Positions 1-13,620 of a stretch of DNA of 64,000 nt are shown piece by piece. Within the stretch, counting starts at the first letter, position 1. Every line of letters begins with the position of its first letter. This stretch comes from Pleionea mediterranea (GTDB taxonomy: Bacteria; Pseudomonadota; Gammaproteobacteria; Enterobacterales; Kangiellaceae), in contig NZ_QGGU01000001.1 of assembly GCF_003148745.1 (NCBI RefSeq), forward strand, positions 11,536 through 75,535. The letters are read 5' to 3'. The notes beneath the pieces are model-generated. The model did no database searches. It saw only the letters and a list, made by a program, of their open reading frames with translations, and was not told the DNA's origin. The position numbers and the translations under genes are program-made.

Positions 1-1
1 T

Positions 2-2317
2 GACTATGGTTTTCTTGAAAGTCCATATCGCCGAGTGGTTAACGGTAAGACAACAGAAGACGTTGATTATTTATCTGCCATCGACGAAGGCAAGTTTGTG
101 GTTGCACAGGCTAATGCTAAAACCGATGACAAAGGCAATCTGAAAGACGATTTAGTGCCTTGCCGACATCAGGGTGAGTTTACTCTGACAACTCCGGACA
201 AGGTTGAGTACATGGACGTTTCTCCGCAACAGATTGTTTCGGTTGCAGCGTCTATGATTCCGTTCCTTGAGCACGATGATGCGAACCGTGCATTGATGGG
301 ATCAAACATGCAACGTCAGGCTGTGCCAACGTTACGTGCTGAGAAACCATTAGTGGGTACCGGTATGGAACGTACCGTTGCCGTGGATTCCGGTGTGACC
401 GTTAAAGCCAATCGTGGCGGCATCATCGACTCAGTTGATGCATCACGAATTGTTGTTCGCGTGCACGATGATGAAACTTCAACGGGTGATTCCGGTGTTG
501 ATATTTACAACCTGACCAAATACACCCGTTCAAATCAGAACACCTGTATCAATCAACGACCCATCGTTAGCCCGGGTGATGTGGTTGAGCGTGGCGATGT
601 ATTGGCCGATGGTCCATCAACCGACTTAGGTGAACTGGCTTTAGGTCAAAACCTTCTTGTGGCGTTTATGCCCTGGAATGGTTATAACTTTGAGGATTCC
701 ATCCTTATTTCTGAGCGTGTTGTTGAGGAAGACCGATTCACCAGCATTCACATTCAAGAACTGACCTGTATTGCTCGTGATACCAAACTTGGACCAGAAG
801 AGATCACTGCTGACATTCCTAATGTTGGTGAGAGTGCTCTGTCTAAACTCGATGAAGCCGGTATCGTTTATATCGGTGCTGAAGTTAAGCCGGGCGATAT
901 TCTGGTGGGTAAAGTAACGCCTAAGGGTGAAACGCAATTAACCCCAGAAGAAAAACTTCTCAGAGCAATATTCGGTGAGAAAGCGAGTGATGTTAAAGAT
1001 ACGTCTTTACGCGTTTCTTCTGGCACCGTGGGTACTGTTATTGATGTACAGGTATTCACTCGTGACGGCGTTGATAAAGATTCTCGCGCCACAGAAATCG
1101 AAAACAGTGAAATCATTGCTGCGAAGAAAGATTTAAACGATCAGTTCCGTATCTTGGAAGGCAACATACATCAACGTGCTTATACTTTATTGGTTGGCGG
1201 CACGGTTGAAAAAGGACCTAACCGAATTAAGAAAGGTTCCAAGATCACCGAAGATTATTTGAAAGAGCTTGAAGCGTCACAGTGGTTAGAAGTTCAACTG
1301 CGTGATGAAGAGAAGCAACAGAAGCTTGAAGAGTTAACTCAGTACCTTGAAGAGCAACGCAAAGAGTTTGAAAAGAAACTTGAAATCAAGCGTATGAAAA
1401 TCACTCAGGGTGATGATCTGGCTCCGGGCGTACTTAAGATAGTTAAAGTTTACATGGCGGTTAAACGTCGCGTACAACCCGGTGACAAAATGGCAGGACG
1501 TCATGGTAACAAAGGTGTTATCTCTAACATTGTTCCCGTAGAAGACATGCCATACCGTGACACGGGTGAGCCGGTTGATATTGTGCTTAACCCGTTGGGT
1601 GTACCGTCGCGTATGAACATCGGTCAGATTCTGGAAACCCACTTAGGTTGGGCTGCCAAAGGTCTTGGGCACAAAATTGGTGCGATGATGCAAGAAAAAC
1701 AGGAAGTCGCAAAAATGCGCGAGTTCCTGGGTCAAGTGTACAACCATCGTGAAGAGCCGACAGTTGATCTGGACGCTATGACCGATGATGAAATTATGAC
1801 CATGGCCAACAACCTGAAACTTGGTGTGCCAATGGCAACGCCGGTGTTCGATGGCGCAGCAGAAACCGAAATCAAGCACATGCTTGAACTGGCAGACTTG
1901 CCATCGTCGGGTCAAACCGATTTATACGACGGTCGAACTGGCGATAAGTTTGATCGCCCGGTTACCGTTGGCTATATGTACATGTTGAAACTGAATCATC
2001 TGGTTGATGACAAGATGCATGCGCGTTCAACGGGCTCTTACAGCCTGGTCACGCAGCAACCATTGGGCGGTAAAGCTCAGTTTGGTGGCCAGCGATTTGG
2101 TGAGATGGAAGTTTGGGCATTAGAAGCATACGGAGCGGCATATACGCTTCAGGAAATGCTTACGGTTAAATCCGATGATGTGAACGGTCGTACACGTATG
2201 TATAAAAACATCGTAGACGGTGATCATCGTATGGAGCCGGGAATGCCAGAATCCTTCAACGTACTGGTGAAGGAAATCCGCTCATTGGGTATCGACATTG
2301 AGCTCGAGGTCGAATAG
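2..2317 (+). CDS. rpoB: DNA-directed RNA polymerase beta subunit, C-terminal ~770 aa (5' end cut by window edge)
   Basis: The frame is open from nt 2. Translation [16 protein letters not shown]...NMQRQAVP...[21 protein letters not shown] matches conserved RpoB blocks. rpoC follows immediately, which is the canonical order. The M at nt 35 in the ORF track is an artefact of the window edge. Confidence 0.97.
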   Translation, partial: DYGFLESPYRRVVNGKTTEDVDYLSAIDEGKFVVAQANAKTDDKGNLKDDLVPCRHQGEFTLTTPDKVEYMDVSPQQIVSVAASMIPFLEHDDANRALMGSNMQRQAVPTLRAEKPLVGTGMERTVAVDSGVTVKANRGGIIDSVDASRIVVRVHDDETSTGDSGVDIYNLTKYTRSNQNTCINQRPIVSPGDVVERGDVLADGPSTDLGELALGQNLLVAFMPWNGYNFEDSILISERVVEEDRFTSIHIQELTCIARDTKLGPEEITADIPNVGESALSKLDEAGIVYIGAEVKPGDILVGKVTPKGETQLTPEEKLLRAIFGEKASDVKDTSLRVSSGTVGTVIDVQVFTRDGVDKDSRATEIENSEIIAAKKDLNDQFRILEGNIHQRAYTLLVGGTVEKGPNRIKKGSKITEDYLKELEASQWLEVQLRDEEKQQKLEELTQYLEEQRKEFEKKLEIKRMKITQGDDLAPGVLKIVKVYMAVKRRVQPGDKMAGRHGNKGVISNIVPVEDMPYRDTGEPVDIVLNPLGVPSRMNIGQILETHLGWAAKGLGHKIGAMMQEKQEVAKMREFLGQVYNHREEPTVDLDAMTDDEIMTMANNLKLGVPMATPVFDGAAETEIKHMLELADLPSSGQTDLYDGRTGDKFDRPVTVGYMYMLKLNHLVDDKMHARSTGSYSLVTQQPLGGKAQFGGQRFGEMEVWALEAYGAAYTLQEMLTVKSDDVNGRTRMYKNIVDGDHRMEPGMPESFNVLVKEIRSLGIDIELEVE

Positions 2318-2397
2318 GGAGTTTGAACTTTGATTGAGCCGCTAGAGCGGCTCACAACAAACTCTTAGTAACATTAACTCCCTAAAGGAGAATTGCT

Positions 2398-5300
2398 TTG
2401 AAAGACTTACTGAATTTCATTAAACAGCAAAACCAAACTCAAGAATTTGACCGAATTCGAATCGGTCTTGCGTCACCAGAAATGATCCGCAGCTGGTCAT
2501 TTGGTGAGGTGAAAAAACCAGAAACCATCAACTACCGAACCTTCAAGCCGGAGCGTGATGGTTTATTCTGTGCCAAAATTTTTGGTCCAGTAAAAGATTA
2601 CGAATGTTTGTGCGGTAAGTACAAACGAATGAAGCACCGCGGTGTGATCTGTGAAAAGTGTGGCGTTGAAGTCACCTTGGCAAAAGTTCGTCGTGATCGT
2701 ATGGGTCATATTGAACTGGCGTGTCCGGTTGCACATATCTGGTTCTTAAAATCGTTACCATCTCGTATCGGTTTGTTAATGGACATGACCCTGCGCGATA
2801 TCGAACGTGTGCTTTATTTTGAAGCCTTTGTGGTTATCGAACCCGGCATGACAACGCTTGAAAGCGGTCAGTTACTTACTGAAGAAGCCTACCTTGATGC
2901 GTTAGAAGAATTTGGTGATGAATTTGAAGCCAAAATGGGTGCCGAGGCGGTTCAAGAATTATTATCCAAGATTGATTTGGAAGAAGAAGCCGCATCACTG
3001 CGCGAAGAGATCCCGAATACCAATTCAGAAACCAAACTGAAAAAGTTAGGCAAGCGTCTGAAGTTACTGGAAGCCTTTCTGGATTCTGGCAACAATCCAC
3101 AATGGATGATTATGACGGTTCTGCCAGTATTGCCACCTGATTTGCGTCCATTGGTTCCGCTGGAAGGTGGTCGATTTGCAACCTCTGATCTAAATGACTT
3201 GTATCGCCGGGTTATTAACCGTAATAACCGTTTGAAGCGTCTGTTGGACTTGAATGCACCAGACATCATTGTGCGCAATGAAAAGCGTATGCTGCAAGAA
3301 GCCGTGGATGCGTTACTGGATAATGGTCGTCGTGGCCGAGCCATCACCGGCTCCAATAAACGCCCATTAAAATCTTTGGCCGATATGATCAAAGGTAAAC
3401 AGGGTCGTTTCCGTCAAAACTTGCTTGGTAAGCGTGTTGATTACTCAGGCCGTTCGGTAATCGTTGTTGGCCCAACCCTTAAATTGCATCAATGCGGTTT
3501 ACCGAAAAAAATGGCGCTTGAATTATTCAAACCATTTATTTTTGGTAAGTTGGAATTGCGCGGTCTTGCGACAACGATCAAAGCAGCCAAGAAAATGGTT
3601 GAGCGCGAAGAAGCCGTGGTCTGGGATATTCTTGAAGAAGTCATCCGAGAGCATCCGGTGATGCTGAATCGTGCACCAACGCTTCACCGTTTAGGTATCC
3701 AGGCTTTTGAGCCGGTACTGATTGAAGGTAAAGCCATTCAGTTACACCCACTCGTATGTACGGCTTACAACGCCGACTTTGACGGTGACCAAATGGCGGT
3801 ACACGTACCATTGACCATTGAAGCACAGCTTGAAGCGCGTGCGTTAATGATGTCCACCAACAATGTATTGTCACCCGCAAACGGTGAACCCATCATTGTT
3901 CCGACTCAGGACGTTGTACTTGGTTTGTACTTCATGACCCGTGACAAAGTTAATGTTACCGGTGAAGGGATGGTGTTTGCCGATACAGCCGAAGTATTGC
4001 GCGCCTATTCTTGTGGCAAAGCTGAATTGCACGCCAAAATTAAAGTACGCATTAACGAAACCACCATCGACGACGATGGCAATAAAACCACCGCTAATAT
4101 ACTGGTTGATACAACCGTTGGACGTTCTCTACTTTGGGAAATTGTACCGGCGGGCTTACCGTTTGAACTGATTAATCAGGCAATGACGAAAAAGACCATC
4201 TCTCGTCTGGTCAACGCTTGTTATCGTCAACTGGGTTTAAAAACCTCGGTTATCTTTGCCGATCACTTGATGTACACCGGTTATAAATACGCCACGCGTT
4301 CTGGTGCATCGGTTGGTATTAACGATATGGAAGTACCTGCTGTTAAAACTGAAATTATCGGAAAAGCAGAAGCCGAAGTTCGTGAAATTGAAGATCAATA
4401 CGCCTCGGGTCTGGTAACACAGGGTGAGCGTTACAATAAAGTTGTTGATATCTGGTCTCACACCAATGAACAGGTCGCGAAAGCGATGATGGATAACCTT
4501 GCGATCGACAAAGTCGAAGACGCCGAAGGCAACATTGTTGACCAACCTTCGTTTAACTCCATCTTTATGATGGCGGACTCGGGCGCTCGTGGTAGTGCCG
4601 CACAGATTCGTCAGCTAGCGGGTATGCGTGGTTTGATGGCGAAACCGGATGGTTCCATCATCGAAAGTCCGATTAAAGCAAACTTCCGTGAAGGTCTTAA
4701 CGTACTTGAATACTTCATCTCGACCCACGGTGCACGTAAAGGTTTGGCCGATACGGCATTGAAAACCGCTAACTCCGGTTATCTGACCCGTCGTCTGGTT
4801 GACGTGGCACAAGATCTGGTTATCACACAGGTTGACTGTGGCACCGAAGACGGTGTCGAAATGAAACCGCTTATTGAAGGCGGCGATGTTGTTGAGCCAT
4901 TGCGTGAGCGTGTATTGGGACGAGTTGTTGCAGACCACGTTTACGTACCCGGTACCGATGACATCTTATGTGAAGCCAATACACTGCTTGATGAAGCCTG
5001 GGTTGAAGTGTTGGAAGAGCACAGTGTCGATCAGGTAAAAGTTCGCTCGGTCATCACCTGTGATACTCGCTACGGTGTTTGTGCCATGTGTTACGGTCGT
5101 GATTTGGCCCGTGGTCATATCATCAACCAGGGTGAGTCAGTCGGTGTTATTGCGGCACAGTCTATCGGTGAGCCAGGCACACAGTTAACCATGCGTACCT
5201 TCCACATTGGTGGAGCGGCTTCTCGGCAGTCAGCAGAGAATAACGTACAGGTTAAAAACGACGGTGTACTGAAACTGCACAATGCGAAAACCGTAACCCG

Positions 5301-6609
5301 TGACGATGGCCGACTGGTGATTGTATCGCGTTCCGCTGAGATCAATCTGATTGATGAATACGGTCGTGAGCGTGAGCGTTATAAAGTCCCTTATGGTGCT
5401 GTTTTAGAACATAAAGAAGGCAGCAAAGTCACCGGTGGTGAAGTTGTTGCTAACTGGGATCCGCATACGCACCCCATTATCACTGAGCTTAAAGGTAAAA
5501 TTAAGTTCAAAGATTTGGTGGAAGGCGTCAACATGGATCGCCAGACCGATGAACTGACAGGCCTGAGCTCCATTGTGGTTACCGAGTCTAAAGCGCGTGG
5601 TAAAGGGGCCGATCTCAAGCCTATGATTTACCTGCTGGATACCGACGGCAACGAAATGAACTTGCCAAGCACGGACATTCCAGCGCAATACCTGTTACCG
5701 CCTAACTCTCTGGTTAACCTGGAAGATGGCGCTGAAGTAGGTATTGGTGATGCGATTGCCCGTATTCCTCAGGAAAGTTCTAAAACAAAAGATATTACCG
5801 GTGGTCTGCCACGGGTTGCTGACTTGTTCGAAGCGCGTAAGCCAAAAGAACCAGCTATTCTGGCGGAAATTTCCGGTACTGTGAGCTTTGGTAAAGAGAC
5901 CAAAGGCAAGCGCCGTCTGGTGATTACACCACAAGAAGGCGATGTCTATGAAGAACTTATCCCGAAATGGCGTCACCTGAATGTGTTTGAAGGTGAAAAA
6001 GTCGAAAAAGGTGAGGTTGTGTCAGATGGCGCGGATAATCCTCATGACATTCTTCGTCTTAAAGGTATTCACGCTGTGGCAAACTATATCGTTAACGAAG
6101 TGCAGGAGGTTTACCGACTGCAAGGTGTTGGCATTAACGATAAACACATTGAAGTTATTATTCGTCAGATGCTGCGTAAATGTACCATTGCAGCACCGGG
6201 CGACAGTCGTTTCTTACAGGGCGAGCAATTAGAGTTTGTCCGTGTGCTTGAAGCAAATGATGCGCTAATCAAAGAAGGCAAAGAGCCTGCGGCGATCACC
6301 CGTGATCTGATGGGGATCACCAAAGCGTCATTGGCCACTGAGTCCTTTATTTCAGCGGCATCCTTCCAGGAAACCACACGGGTTCTTACGGAAGCGGCTG
6401 TAAGCGGAAAAGTCGATGACTTACGCGGTCTCAAAGAGAACGTTATCGTAGGTCGTCTGATTCCGGCGGGTACTGGTTTGAGTTATCACCAGGAACGTCG
6501 TAAACAATATCTGGAACAATCCTCTGACGATGCTCAGTCTTCGCTATCTGCTTCAGACGCAGAAAAAGCCCTGACTGAAGCGTTAAGCGGCAGCGATTCG
6601 GATATGTAA
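2398..6609 (+). CDS. rpoC: DNA-directed RNA polymerase beta' subunit
   Basis: 1403 aa. The N-terminus [11 protein letters not shown]...[18 protein letters not shown] is like E. coli RpoC, which also uses a non-ATG start (TTG here). The zinc-finger cysteines [21 protein letters not shown] and the catalytic NADFDGD motif are present. An AGGAG sequence sits upstream. Confidence 0.97.
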   Translation: MKDLLNFIKQQNQTQEFDRIRIGLASPEMIRSWSFGEVKKPETINYRTFKPERDGLFCAKIFGPVKDYECLCGKYKRMKHRGVICEKCGVEVTLAKVRRDRMGHIELACPVAHIWFLKSLPSRIGLLMDMTLRDIERVLYFEAFVVIEPGMTTLESGQLLTEEAYLDALEEFGDEFEAKMGAEAVQELLSKIDLEEEAASLREEIPNTNSETKLKKLGKRLKLLEAFLDSGNNPQWMIMTVLPVLPPDLRPLVPLEGGRFATSDLNDLYRRVINRNNRLKRLLDLNAPDIIVRNEKRMLQEAVDALLDNGRRGRAITGSNKRPLKSLADMIKGKQGRFRQNLLGKRVDYSGRSVIVVGPTLKLHQCGLPKKMALELFKPFIFGKLELRGLATTIKAAKKMVEREEAVVWDILEEVIREHPVMLNRAPTLHRLGIQAFEPVLIEGKAIQLHPLVCTAYNADFDGDQMAVHVPLTIEAQLEARALMMSTNNVLSPANGEPIIVPTQDVVLGLYFMTRDKVNVTGEGMVFADTAEVLRAYSCGKAELHAKIKVRINETTIDDDGNKTTANILVDTTVGRSLLWEIVPAGLPFELINQAMTKKTISRLVNACYRQLGLKTSVIFADHLMYTGYKYATRSGASVGINDMEVPAVKTEIIGKAEAEVREIEDQYASGLVTQGERYNKVVDIWSHTNEQVAKAMMDNLAIDKVEDAEGNIVDQPSFNSIFMMADSGARGSAAQIRQLAGMRGLMAKPDGSIIESPIKANFREGLNVLEYFISTHGARKGLADTALKTANSGYLTRRLVDVAQDLVITQVDCGTEDGVEMKPLIEGGDVVEPLRERVLGRVVADHVYVPGTDDILCEANTLLDEAWVEVLEEHSVDQVKVRSVITCDTRYGVCAMCYGRDLARGHIINQGESVGVIAAQSIGEPGTQLTMRTFHIGGAASRQSAENNVQVKNDGVLKLHNAKTVTRDDGRLVIVSRSAEINLIDEYGRERERYKVPYGAVLEHKEGSKVTGGEVVANWDPHTHPIITELKGKIKFKDLVEGVNMDRQTDELTGLSSIVVTESKARGKGADLKPMIYLLDTDGNEMNLPSTDIPAQYLLPPNSLVNLEDGAEVGIGDAIARIPQESSKTKDITGGLPRVADLFEARKPKEPAILAEISGTVSFGKETKGKRRLVITPQEGDVYEELIPKWRHLNVFEGEKVEKGEVVSDGADNPHDILRLKGIHAVANYIVNEVQEVYRLQGVGINDKHIEVIIRQMLRKCTIAAPGDSRFLQGEQLEFVRVLEANDALIKEGKEPAAITRDLMGITKASLATESFISAASFQETTRVLTEAAVSGKVDDLRGLKENVIVGRLIPAGTGLSYHQERRKQYLEQSSDDAQSSLSASDAEKALTEALSGSDSDM

Positions 6610-6688
6610 TCGAGCAATGGGCGTGCTGCATTTGCGGCTCGCCTGATTGTTTATAAGACAGGGGCGGTCACTTTGTAACCGTATCGCC

Positions 6689-6717
6689 TTGACACAAATT
6701 GGCGCTCTCTATACAAT
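6689..6717 (+). promoter_or_regulatory. Candidate sigma70 promoter of the str operon
   Basis: -35 TTGACA at 6689-6694 and -10 TACAAT at 6712-6717 are separated by a 17-nt spacer, about 80 nt upstream of the rpsL start. A GCCCTCAAAGGCAGGGC hairpin lies in the leader. Confidence 0.5.
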
Positions 6718-6798
6718 GCCCGCCCTCAAAGGCAGGGCTCATAGGGGGTTTTGTCTTTTTGTAGTCTAGTTTTAAATCTAGGAGCTGGAGTTTAATTA

Positions 6799-7170
6799 AT
6801 GGCAACTGTTAATCAGCTGGTACGCAAACCTCGTAAAAAGGTTATCAAGAAAAGTAACGTACCTGCACTTGAAGCTTGCCCGCAGAAGCGTGGTGTATGT
6901 ACTCGTGTTTACACGACTACTCCGAAGAAACCAAATTCGGCACTTCGTAAAGTCGCTCGTGTGCGTTTAACAAACGGATACGAAGTAACGTCTTATATCG
7001 GCGGTGAAGGTCACAATTTGCAGGAACACAGTGTTGTAATGATCCGTGGTGGTCGTGTTAAAGACTTACCAGGTGTTCGTTATCACTGCGTACGTGGAAC
7101 GCTTGACCTTGCAGGGGTTAAAGACCGCAAACAAGGTCGCTCGAAGTACGGAGCAAAACGACCTAAGTAA
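6799..7170 (+). CDS. rpsL: 30S ribosomal protein S12
   Basis: 123 aa. [12 protein letters not shown]...[11 protein letters not shown]...[13 protein letters not shown] is near-identical to enterobacterial S12. A GGAGCTGGAG RBS precedes it. Confidence 0.98.
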   Translation: MATVNQLVRKPRKKVIKKSNVPALEACPQKRGVCTRVYTTTPKKPNSALRKVARVRLTNGYEVTSYIGGEGHNLQEHSVVMIRGGRVKDLPGVRYHCVRGTLDLAGVKDRKQGRSKYGAKRPK

Positions 7171-7306
7171 TGCTTTGCATTATCTGGGACGTACCTAACT
7201 TATCCAGATTGTGAATCAATCTGAAACATAACATTCCATTCTTACAATTTGTTCGAATGTGAGTAAGGCCGGGCTAAACCGATATCCATCGTCAGTCCCG
7301 GGTTAA

Positions 7307-7795
<489 letters not shown>

Positions 7796-7887
7796 GCGAT
7801 CGCTTTTGCGATCGGTAATCGTTTTGGTTATTACCACTTTGATGACTATGGTTACAGCAGCACACATAATGACGAGAGGTTTCTGTC

Positions 7888-9981
7888 GTGGCGCGTAAAA
7901 CTCCCATTGAGCGATATCGTAATATAGGAATTTGTGCCCACGTGGATGCGGGTAAAACCACCACCACTGAACGCGTTCTGTTTTATACCGGTCTGTCACA
8001 TAAGATCGGTGAAGTCCATGATGGCGCTGCCACCATGGACTGGATGGAGCAAGAGCAGGAACGTGGTATTACCATTACCTCGGCAGCGACCACGACATTT
8101 TGGCGTGGTATGGATGCTCAGTACCCTGAACACCGCATCAATATTATTGATACTCCGGGACACGTTGACTTCACTATCGAAGTTGAACGTTCGTTGCGAG
8201 TACTCGATGGTGCGGTAGTGGTTTTCTGTGGCTCATCAGGTGTTGAGCCTCAGTCCGAAACGGTTTGGCGACAAGCCGATAAATACTCAGTTCCGCGCAT
8301 GGTCTTTGTGAATAAGATGGACCGTGCCGGCGCTGATTTTTTGCGTGTGGTCGATCAAATAAAAAATCGATTAGGCGCACGTCCGGTTCCGGTGCAATTA
8401 CCCATTGGCGCAGAAGATGAGTTTGAAGGGGTCGTAGACCTGCTGAAAATGAAAGCCATTTACTGGAGCGAAGACGACAAAGGCATGACCTTTGAATACC
8501 GTGACATTCCAGAAAACATGCAAAGTGAATGTGATGAGTGGCGTAGCCACATGGTTGAAGCTGCGGCTGAAGCCTCAGAAGAATTAATGGACAAATACCT
8601 GGACTCAGGCGAGCTGTCCGAAGATGAGATTAAAAAAGGATTGCGCATTCAAACATTGGCGAATGAGCTGGTGATTGCCATGTGCGGTTCTGCGTTTAAA
8701 AATAAAGGTGTGCAGGCGGTATTAGATGGCGTAATTGATTATATGCCCGCGCCTGTGGATGTAAAAGCAATAACCGGTGTGCTGGAAGATGGCGAAACCC
8801 TTGAAGAACGTCCGGCCGACGACAAGGCTCCTTTTGCTGCATTAGCGTTTAAAATAGCCACCGATCCGTTTGTTGGAACCTTAACCTTTTTCCGAGTGTA
8901 TTCTGGTACGTTAAAAAGTGGCGATCAGGTTTTTAACTCCGTAAAAGAGAAAAAAGAGCGCATTGGCCGAATCGTTCAAATGCACTCCAACAGTCGAGAA
9001 GAATTAAAAGAAGTACTTGCCGGTGATATTGCCGCAGGCATTGGCTTAAAAGATGTCACCACCGGCGAAACTCTCTGCTCGATGGATCATAAAATTATCC
9101 TTGAGCGTATGGAGTTTCCTGAACCGGTAATATCGGTCGCCGTGGAACCTAAAACCATCGCCGATCAAGATAAAATGAGCATGGCGCTTAGCAAGTTAGC
9201 GCAAGAAGATCCATCATTCCGTGTCGAGACCGATGAAGAGTCCGGGCAAACGATTATTTCTGGCATGGGTGAGTTACATCTGGATATTATCGTTGATCGA
9301 ATGAAGCGAGAATTTAATGTTGTTGCCAATATCGGTAAGCCTCAAGTGGCGTACCGGGAATGTTTGCGACAAGCGGTCGAACAAGAAGGCAAGTTTGTTC
9401 GTCAGTCAGGCGGTCGTGGTCAGTACGGTCATGTCTGGTTGAAAATAGAGCCACAAGAATCTGGCTTTGGTTACGAATTTGTTAATGAAATTGTGGGTGG
9501 TTCGGTACCCAAAGAATACATTCCGGCTGTCGATAAAGGCATTCAGGAACAAATGCAAAACGGCGTGCTGGCCGGTTATCCCGTGCTGGACGTAAAAGTT
9601 ACCTTATTTGACGGCTCCTATCACGATGTCGACTCGAATGAAATGGCATTTAAAATAGCAGGCTCCATGGGGTTCCGGGCGGGTGCGTTAAAAGCAAAAC
9701 CAGCATTGCTCGAACCGATGATGAAAGTTGAAGTGGTTTCCCCAGAAGATTACATGGGAGACGTTATGGGCGACTTAAACCGTCGTCGTGGAATGGTGCA
9801 AGGTATGGACGACGGTGTCGGCGGCATAAAAATAATCCGTGCTGAAGTGCCCTTGTCAGAAATGTTCGGCTACGCCACTGATTTACGCAGTGCGACACAG
9901 GGGCGAGCCAGTTACTCGATGGAATTCTTCAAGTACGCAGAAGCGCCATCGAACATCGCAGAATCAATCATTAACGGTTAA
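7888..9981 (+). CDS. fusA: Elongation factor G
   Basis: 697 aa. GTG start followed by [30 protein letters not shown], which contains the GTPase P-loop AHVDAGKT. Follows rpsG. Confidence 0.97.
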   Translation: MARKTPIERYRNIGICAHVDAGKTTTTERVLFYTGLSHKIGEVHDGAATMDWMEQEQERGITITSAATTTFWRGMDAQYPEHRINIIDTPGHVDFTIEVERSLRVLDGAVVVFCGSSGVEPQSETVWRQADKYSVPRMVFVNKMDRAGADFLRVVDQIKNRLGARPVPVQLPIGAEDEFEGVVDLLKMKAIYWSEDDKGMTFEYRDIPENMQSECDEWRSHMVEAAAEASEELMDKYLDSGELSEDEIKKGLRIQTLANELVIAMCGSAFKNKGVQAVLDGVIDYMPAPVDVKAITGVLEDGETLEERPADDKAPFAALAFKIATDPFVGTLTFFRVYSGTLKSGDQVFNSVKEKKERIGRIVQMHSNSREELKEVLAGDIAAGIGLKDVTTGETLCSMDHKIILERMEFPEPVISVAVEPKTIADQDKMSMALSKLAQEDPSFRVETDEESGQTIISGMGELHLDIIVDRMKREFNVVANIGKPQVAYRECLRQAVEQEGKFVRQSGGRGQYGHVWLKIEPQESGFGYEFVNEIVGGSVPKEYIPAVDKGIQEQMQNGVLAGYPVLDVKVTLFDGSYHDVDSNEMAFKIAGSMGFRAGALKAKPALLEPMMKVEVVSPEDYMGDVMGDLNRRRGMVQGMDDGVGGIKIIRAEVPLSEMFGYATDLRSATQGRASYSMEFFKYAEAPSNIAESIING

Positions 9982-10021
9982 CTTTTACTTTTAATATTAA
10001 AACACACACAGAGGGTATCTC

Positions 10022-11206
10022 ATGTCTAAAGAAAAATTTGAACGTAATAAACCCCACGTAAACGTGGGAACCATTGGCCACGTTGACCATGGTAAAACCA
10101 CCCTGACTGCGGCCATGTGTACCGTATTGTCCAAGAAATTTGGCGGTGCAGCGAAAAACTTCGCAGAAATCGACAATGCGCCAGAAGAGAAAGAGCGTGG
10201 TATCACCATCTCTACATCACACGTAGAGTACGAAACAGAAGCGCGTCACTACGCCCACGTTGATTGCCCGGGCCACGCCGATTATGTAAAAAACATGATC
10301 ACCGGTGCGGCACAGATGGACGGCGCAATCCTTGTTTGTTCAGCGGCGGATGGCCCAATGCCACAAACCCGTGAGCACATCCTGTTATCACGTCAGGTAG
10401 GTGTACCAAAAATCGTTGTATTCTTAAACAAATGCGACATGGTAGACGACGAAGAGTTGTTAGAGTTGGTTGAAATGGAAGTGCGTGAGTTATTAGACGC
10501 TTACGAATTCCCAGGCGACGACACACCTGTTATTCAAGGTTCAGCGCTTAAAGCGTTAGAAGGCGACGCCGCTTACGAAGAAAAAATCGTAGAATTAGCG
10601 TTAGCGCTTGACGAGTACATTCCAGAGCCAGAGCGTGCGGTAGACCAACCGTTCTTGTTACCCATCGAAGACGTCTTCTCAATCTCAGGTCGTGGAACGG
10701 TTGTGACCGGACGTGTTGAGAGCGGTATCGTAAAAGTTGGCGAAGAAATCGAAATCGTGGGCATGAAAGACACCACCAAAACAACGGTAACCGGTGTTGA
10801 AATGTTCCGTAAACTTCTTGACGAAGGCCGTGCTGGCGACAACGTAGGTGTACTTCTACGTGGAACCAAGCGTGAAGACGTAGAGCGTGGTCAGGTATTG
10901 GCGCACACAGGTACGATTACGCCACACACCAAGTTCGAGTCAGAAGTTTATGTATTATCAAAAGATGAAGGTGGTCGTCACACACCATTCTTCAAAGGGT
11001 ATCGTCCACAGTTCTACTTCCGTACAACGGATGTGACTGGTGCGGTAGAATTACCCGAAGGCGTTGAAATGGTAATGCCTGGTGATAACATCAAAATGGT
11101 TGTTGAGCTTATTGCTCCAATCGCAATGGACGAAGGTCTTCGCTTTGCAATTCGCGAAGGTGGTCGTACTGTTGGTGCTGGTGTTGTTGCTAAAATTCTG
11201 GACTAA
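10022..11206 (+). CDS. tuf: Elongation factor Tu
   Basis: 394 aa. [31 protein letters not shown]...[24 protein letters not shown] is canonical EF-Tu. An AGAGGG RBS precedes it. Confidence 0.98.
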   Translation: MSKEKFERNKPHVNVGTIGHVDHGKTTLTAAMCTVLSKKFGGAAKNFAEIDNAPEEKERGITISTSHVEYETEARHYAHVDCPGHADYVKNMITGAAQMDGAILVCSAADGPMPQTREHILLSRQVGVPKIVVFLNKCDMVDDEELLELVEMEVRELLDAYEFPGDDTPVIQGSALKALEGDAAYEEKIVELALALDEYIPEPERAVDQPFLLPIEDVFSISGRGTVVTGRVESGIVKVGEEIEIVGMKDTTKTTVTGVEMFRKLLDEGRAGDNVGVLLRGTKREDVERGQVLAHTGTITPHTKFESEVYVLSKDEGGRHTPFFKGYRPQFYFRTTDVTGAVELPEGVEMVMPGDNIKMVVELIAPIAMDEGLRFAIREGGRTVGAGVVAKILD

Positions 11207-11240
11207 TTTATTTAGCTCGAAAATTTATCAGTATATAAAA

Positions 11241-11266
11241 GGGCGCTCATTGAGCGCCCTTTTTTA
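11241..11266 (+). terminator. Rho-independent terminator after tuf
   Basis: GGGCGCTCAtTGAGCGCCC is a perfect inverted repeat followed by TTTTTT, about 35 nt after the tuf stop. Confidence 0.8.
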
Positions 11267-11460
11267 TGGTTTGTATTAAGTCTGCTTTTTTAAACAGTAA
11301 ATCTATAGTAATTAATAGTTAACCTTTCTTCGATCAAAGCTCTGGCCCTTTCTATTTGTAAAAATTACAGTTTCAGCAATTAAAACTTTAAATATCTCAA
11401 AAAGTAGGTATTATTGCGTTTTTTTGGACATCTATCTTATTTGAATGGAGTTATAAAAAT

Positions 11461-12354
11461 ATGAAACTAAAAATATTTATATCTATTGTTGCTATTGTCA
11501 TTCTTTCTGGCTGCAGTACGTTAACACCGGAACAGCGTTTTCCAAACTTTGCCAAGCAAGTCGGTACAGTTAAATCTATCGATGTAGTCGTTGATGCGAC
11601 AGTTTTATCTGATATTAATGGCGATAATATTGGTTTTAATTTAAAGAAAAATCAAATCGCGCGGGAGCAGGTTGCAACTTCAATTCGTTCAGAGTTTAAC
11701 AAAAAGGGCATTGAGGCAAACATTATTTTTGCCAGTAGTGGACTATTTATAGAGCCCTCAAAAGAAGAAAGTGAGACAAAGTTTGTATTGTCTGATGATT
11801 GGAAAGAGACCGGAGAAGTATTTGTCGAACCTGTTGCAAGTAACAGTGAGTCAGTCTGGTTAACAGAGAAAGGGAAGAAGCTACTTAAAAAGATCAGCTC
11901 TCGTGGATTAGTTGAAAATAAGTCGGAGAAAAGCGACAAGGCGGAGAAGCGCTATAAAGAAAAAGTAGCGAGTACACCAAAGGTGACGGCTGCAGATATC
12001 CCAGAGTCAGTGAGCTTGCTATCTTCAGATTTATTAGCGGTTATTCGTTATTCTGCGAATGAAGTGAGTACAGGGAAAAGTGTAGGCGCTGGAATTGCGA
12101 CAGGAATTTTAACGGCGGTTCTAACGGGTGGAATGTATGTAAGTGTCTCCATGCCAGTTTCATCGATGAATATTGATGCAACTCTGTTTGATCTGAGTAA
12201 GAGTGATGTTGTTTGGAGTAATAATCTCTATTTACAAGGTGCGCAAGTTGATACAGAAGTGGTAAGTCCAAATGTAGTTACTCTGTTAGGGCCATTACCT
12301 TCTGCAATTGCAGATACGGCATTAGAAAAAACTGATTTGGAAGCTAATCGCTAG
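11461..12354 (+). CDS. Lipoprotein of unknown function with C-terminal glycine-zipper segment
   Basis: 297 aa. The signal peptide MKLKIFISIVAIVILSGC has an LSGC lipobox. A Lys/Glu-rich middle is followed by GKSVGAGIATGILTAVLTGGMYVSV, a Gly-zipper-like motif. The gene is very AT-rich and preceded by a GGAG RBS. Confidence 0.6.
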   Translation: MKLKIFISIVAIVILSGCSTLTPEQRFPNFAKQVGTVKSIDVVVDATVLSDINGDNIGFNLKKNQIAREQVATSIRSEFNKKGIEANIIFASSGLFIEPSKEESETKFVLSDDWKETGEVFVEPVASNSESVWLTEKGKKLLKKISSRGLVENKSEKSDKAEKRYKEKVASTPKVTAADIPESVSLLSSDLLAVIRYSANEVSTGKSVGAGIATGILTAVLTGGMYVSVSMPVSSMNIDATLFDLSKSDVVWSNNLYLQGAQVDTEVVSPNVVTLLGPLPSAIADTALEKTDLEANR

Positions 12355-12542
12355 AGTTCAAAGGGCAGGTTAAAAAGTCCTGATATTTTAAATTATGGAG
12401 TAAAATTTCATTAGTAGCTATTTTGCTCAATAGCTTAAAACAGGAAAGTAACAAAATAGCCCTCCCGAATAATATTAAGGTAGGGCTTATAATTCTACAC
12501 TGTTATTACAAGTTTGAAATTTAAGTTAAGAAGAGAAAGGAA

Positions 12543-13112
12543 ATGAGAAATATTGTTTTTGTTATATTAGCAACTGCTCTTGCTCAACCCGTGTTAGCAG
12601 AGAATTCGAGCTCGTTTAGCGCTGGCTGGTATGGTGATATTCACCTAGGGCAAACCGGCACGTCTTTAAAGCAAGGAGAGCAAAGCTTTGATTTTTTATC
12701 CATCGGTGGTTCCTATGGTTATCAATATAATGAGTATTTTGCCGCTGAATTTTTTGGTTCTTTTGCTACTGATGGCGAGCATGACGATATCATGAGTGCA
12801 ATCCTCGGACAGGAAGCTAAGGTGAAATTCGATGCTATTGGTGCATACTTGGTGGGCAAAACTCATGGGAAATATTATTTAAAAGCTCGAGTTGGGTTAA
12901 TTAATTCAAGATTCACATATTCCGCGGGAGGTTTTGAGGATGAAACTGGTAGTGATACCGGCTTTTCCTACGGATTTGGAGCCGGAGTAAGCCTAGAGAA
13001 GGTTAATATCGAGCTTAATTATCTTCAATTTCCGGATGTGGACGATCCTCTTTTTAACTCAACAAGCTATGAATCGGATCAGCTTACAATTTCTATCGGA
13101 ACACAATTTTAA
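12543..13112 (+). CDS. Small outer-membrane beta-barrel protein (OmpA/OmpW-like 8-strand class)
   Basis: 189 aa. Cleavable signal MRNIVFVILATALAQPVLA. Alternating aromatic/hydrophobic pattern and a C-terminal ...ISIGTQF ending in Phe, as in the OMP beta-barrel signature. A GAAAGGAA RBS precedes it. Confidence 0.6.
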   Translation: MRNIVFVILATALAQPVLAENSSSFSAGWYGDIHLGQTGTSLKQGEQSFDFLSIGGSYGYQYNEYFAAEFFGSFATDGEHDDIMSAILGQEAKVKFDAIGAYLVGKTHGKYYLKARVGLINSRFTYSAGGFEDETGSDTGFSYGFGAGVSLEKVNIELNYLQFPDVDDPLFNSTSYESDQLTISIGTQF

Positions 13113-13133
13113 AATACAATAAATAAATTCTAC

Positions 13134-13200
13134 TAGCTCAGATTTAAACCGACAGTTACCCGTTTCATTTATCGTTGTCTGTCATTTTAAATCTGAGCTA
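13134..13200. repeat. Long inverted repeat (15-bp perfect arms, extendable to about 22 bp) downstream of the OMP gene
   Basis: TAGCTCAGATTTAAA at 13134-13148 pairs with TTTAAATCTGAGCTA at 13186-13200. Inner GACAG and CTGTC extend the stem. A T-run (AATTTTTCT) follows, so it may be a terminator or a protein-binding palindrome. The right inner arm reads CTGTCAT, a Pho-box half-site. Confidence 0.45.
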
Positions 13201-13620
13201 AATTTTTCTCATCCGAAATTTCTTCTCATCCTTTTGTATTTCAACAGCCATTCGATTGCAGTTCACTTACCTTGACGGGTGCGTTCATTATTGTAGTAGT
13301 TCATCCGGTCGCCCAGATCCTTTTGTAATTCTTTTAATATACCGTAAGCTTTTTATGTAATGAGACTGGATAGGACTCATTTAGGATTGTTTTATGGAAA
13401 CGCTCATATATATCATTGATTTGCGGTGACATAACCTTCGTCTTTGTGTGTTCGATATCATTGATTGTCAAATGAAGCTGGTAATCAAAAGGAATAATAG
13501 AAAAGTGGGGGCTATTTGTCCCTACAGGTTCTTGCTGGCTAAATAGCTGTGCACTATTCACACTTAATCAACACCATCATCTGATAAAGTAGTCTTATCA
13601 TCGAAAACAGGAGTTAATGG

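Noticed and set aside
641-6631. Multiple 60-150-aa ORFs antisense or out-of-frame within rpoB and rpoC (e.g. 641-937, 2952-3392, 4237-4545)
   Set aside because: They lie entirely inside highly conserved, long coding genes on the other frame. They are typical shadow ORFs.
6610-6660. Possible rpoC terminator hairpin (GGCGTGCTGCATTTGCGGCTCGCC)
   Set aside because: The stem pairs only at its ends (GGCG/CGCC), with a poor interior and no clean T-run, so it is not called.
13334-13561. 75-aa minus-strand ORF in the 500-bp gap between the OMP gene and the carboxypeptidase
   Set aside because: No RBS, no recognisable motif, low-complexity composition. It is probably a chance ORF in AT-rich intergenic DNA.
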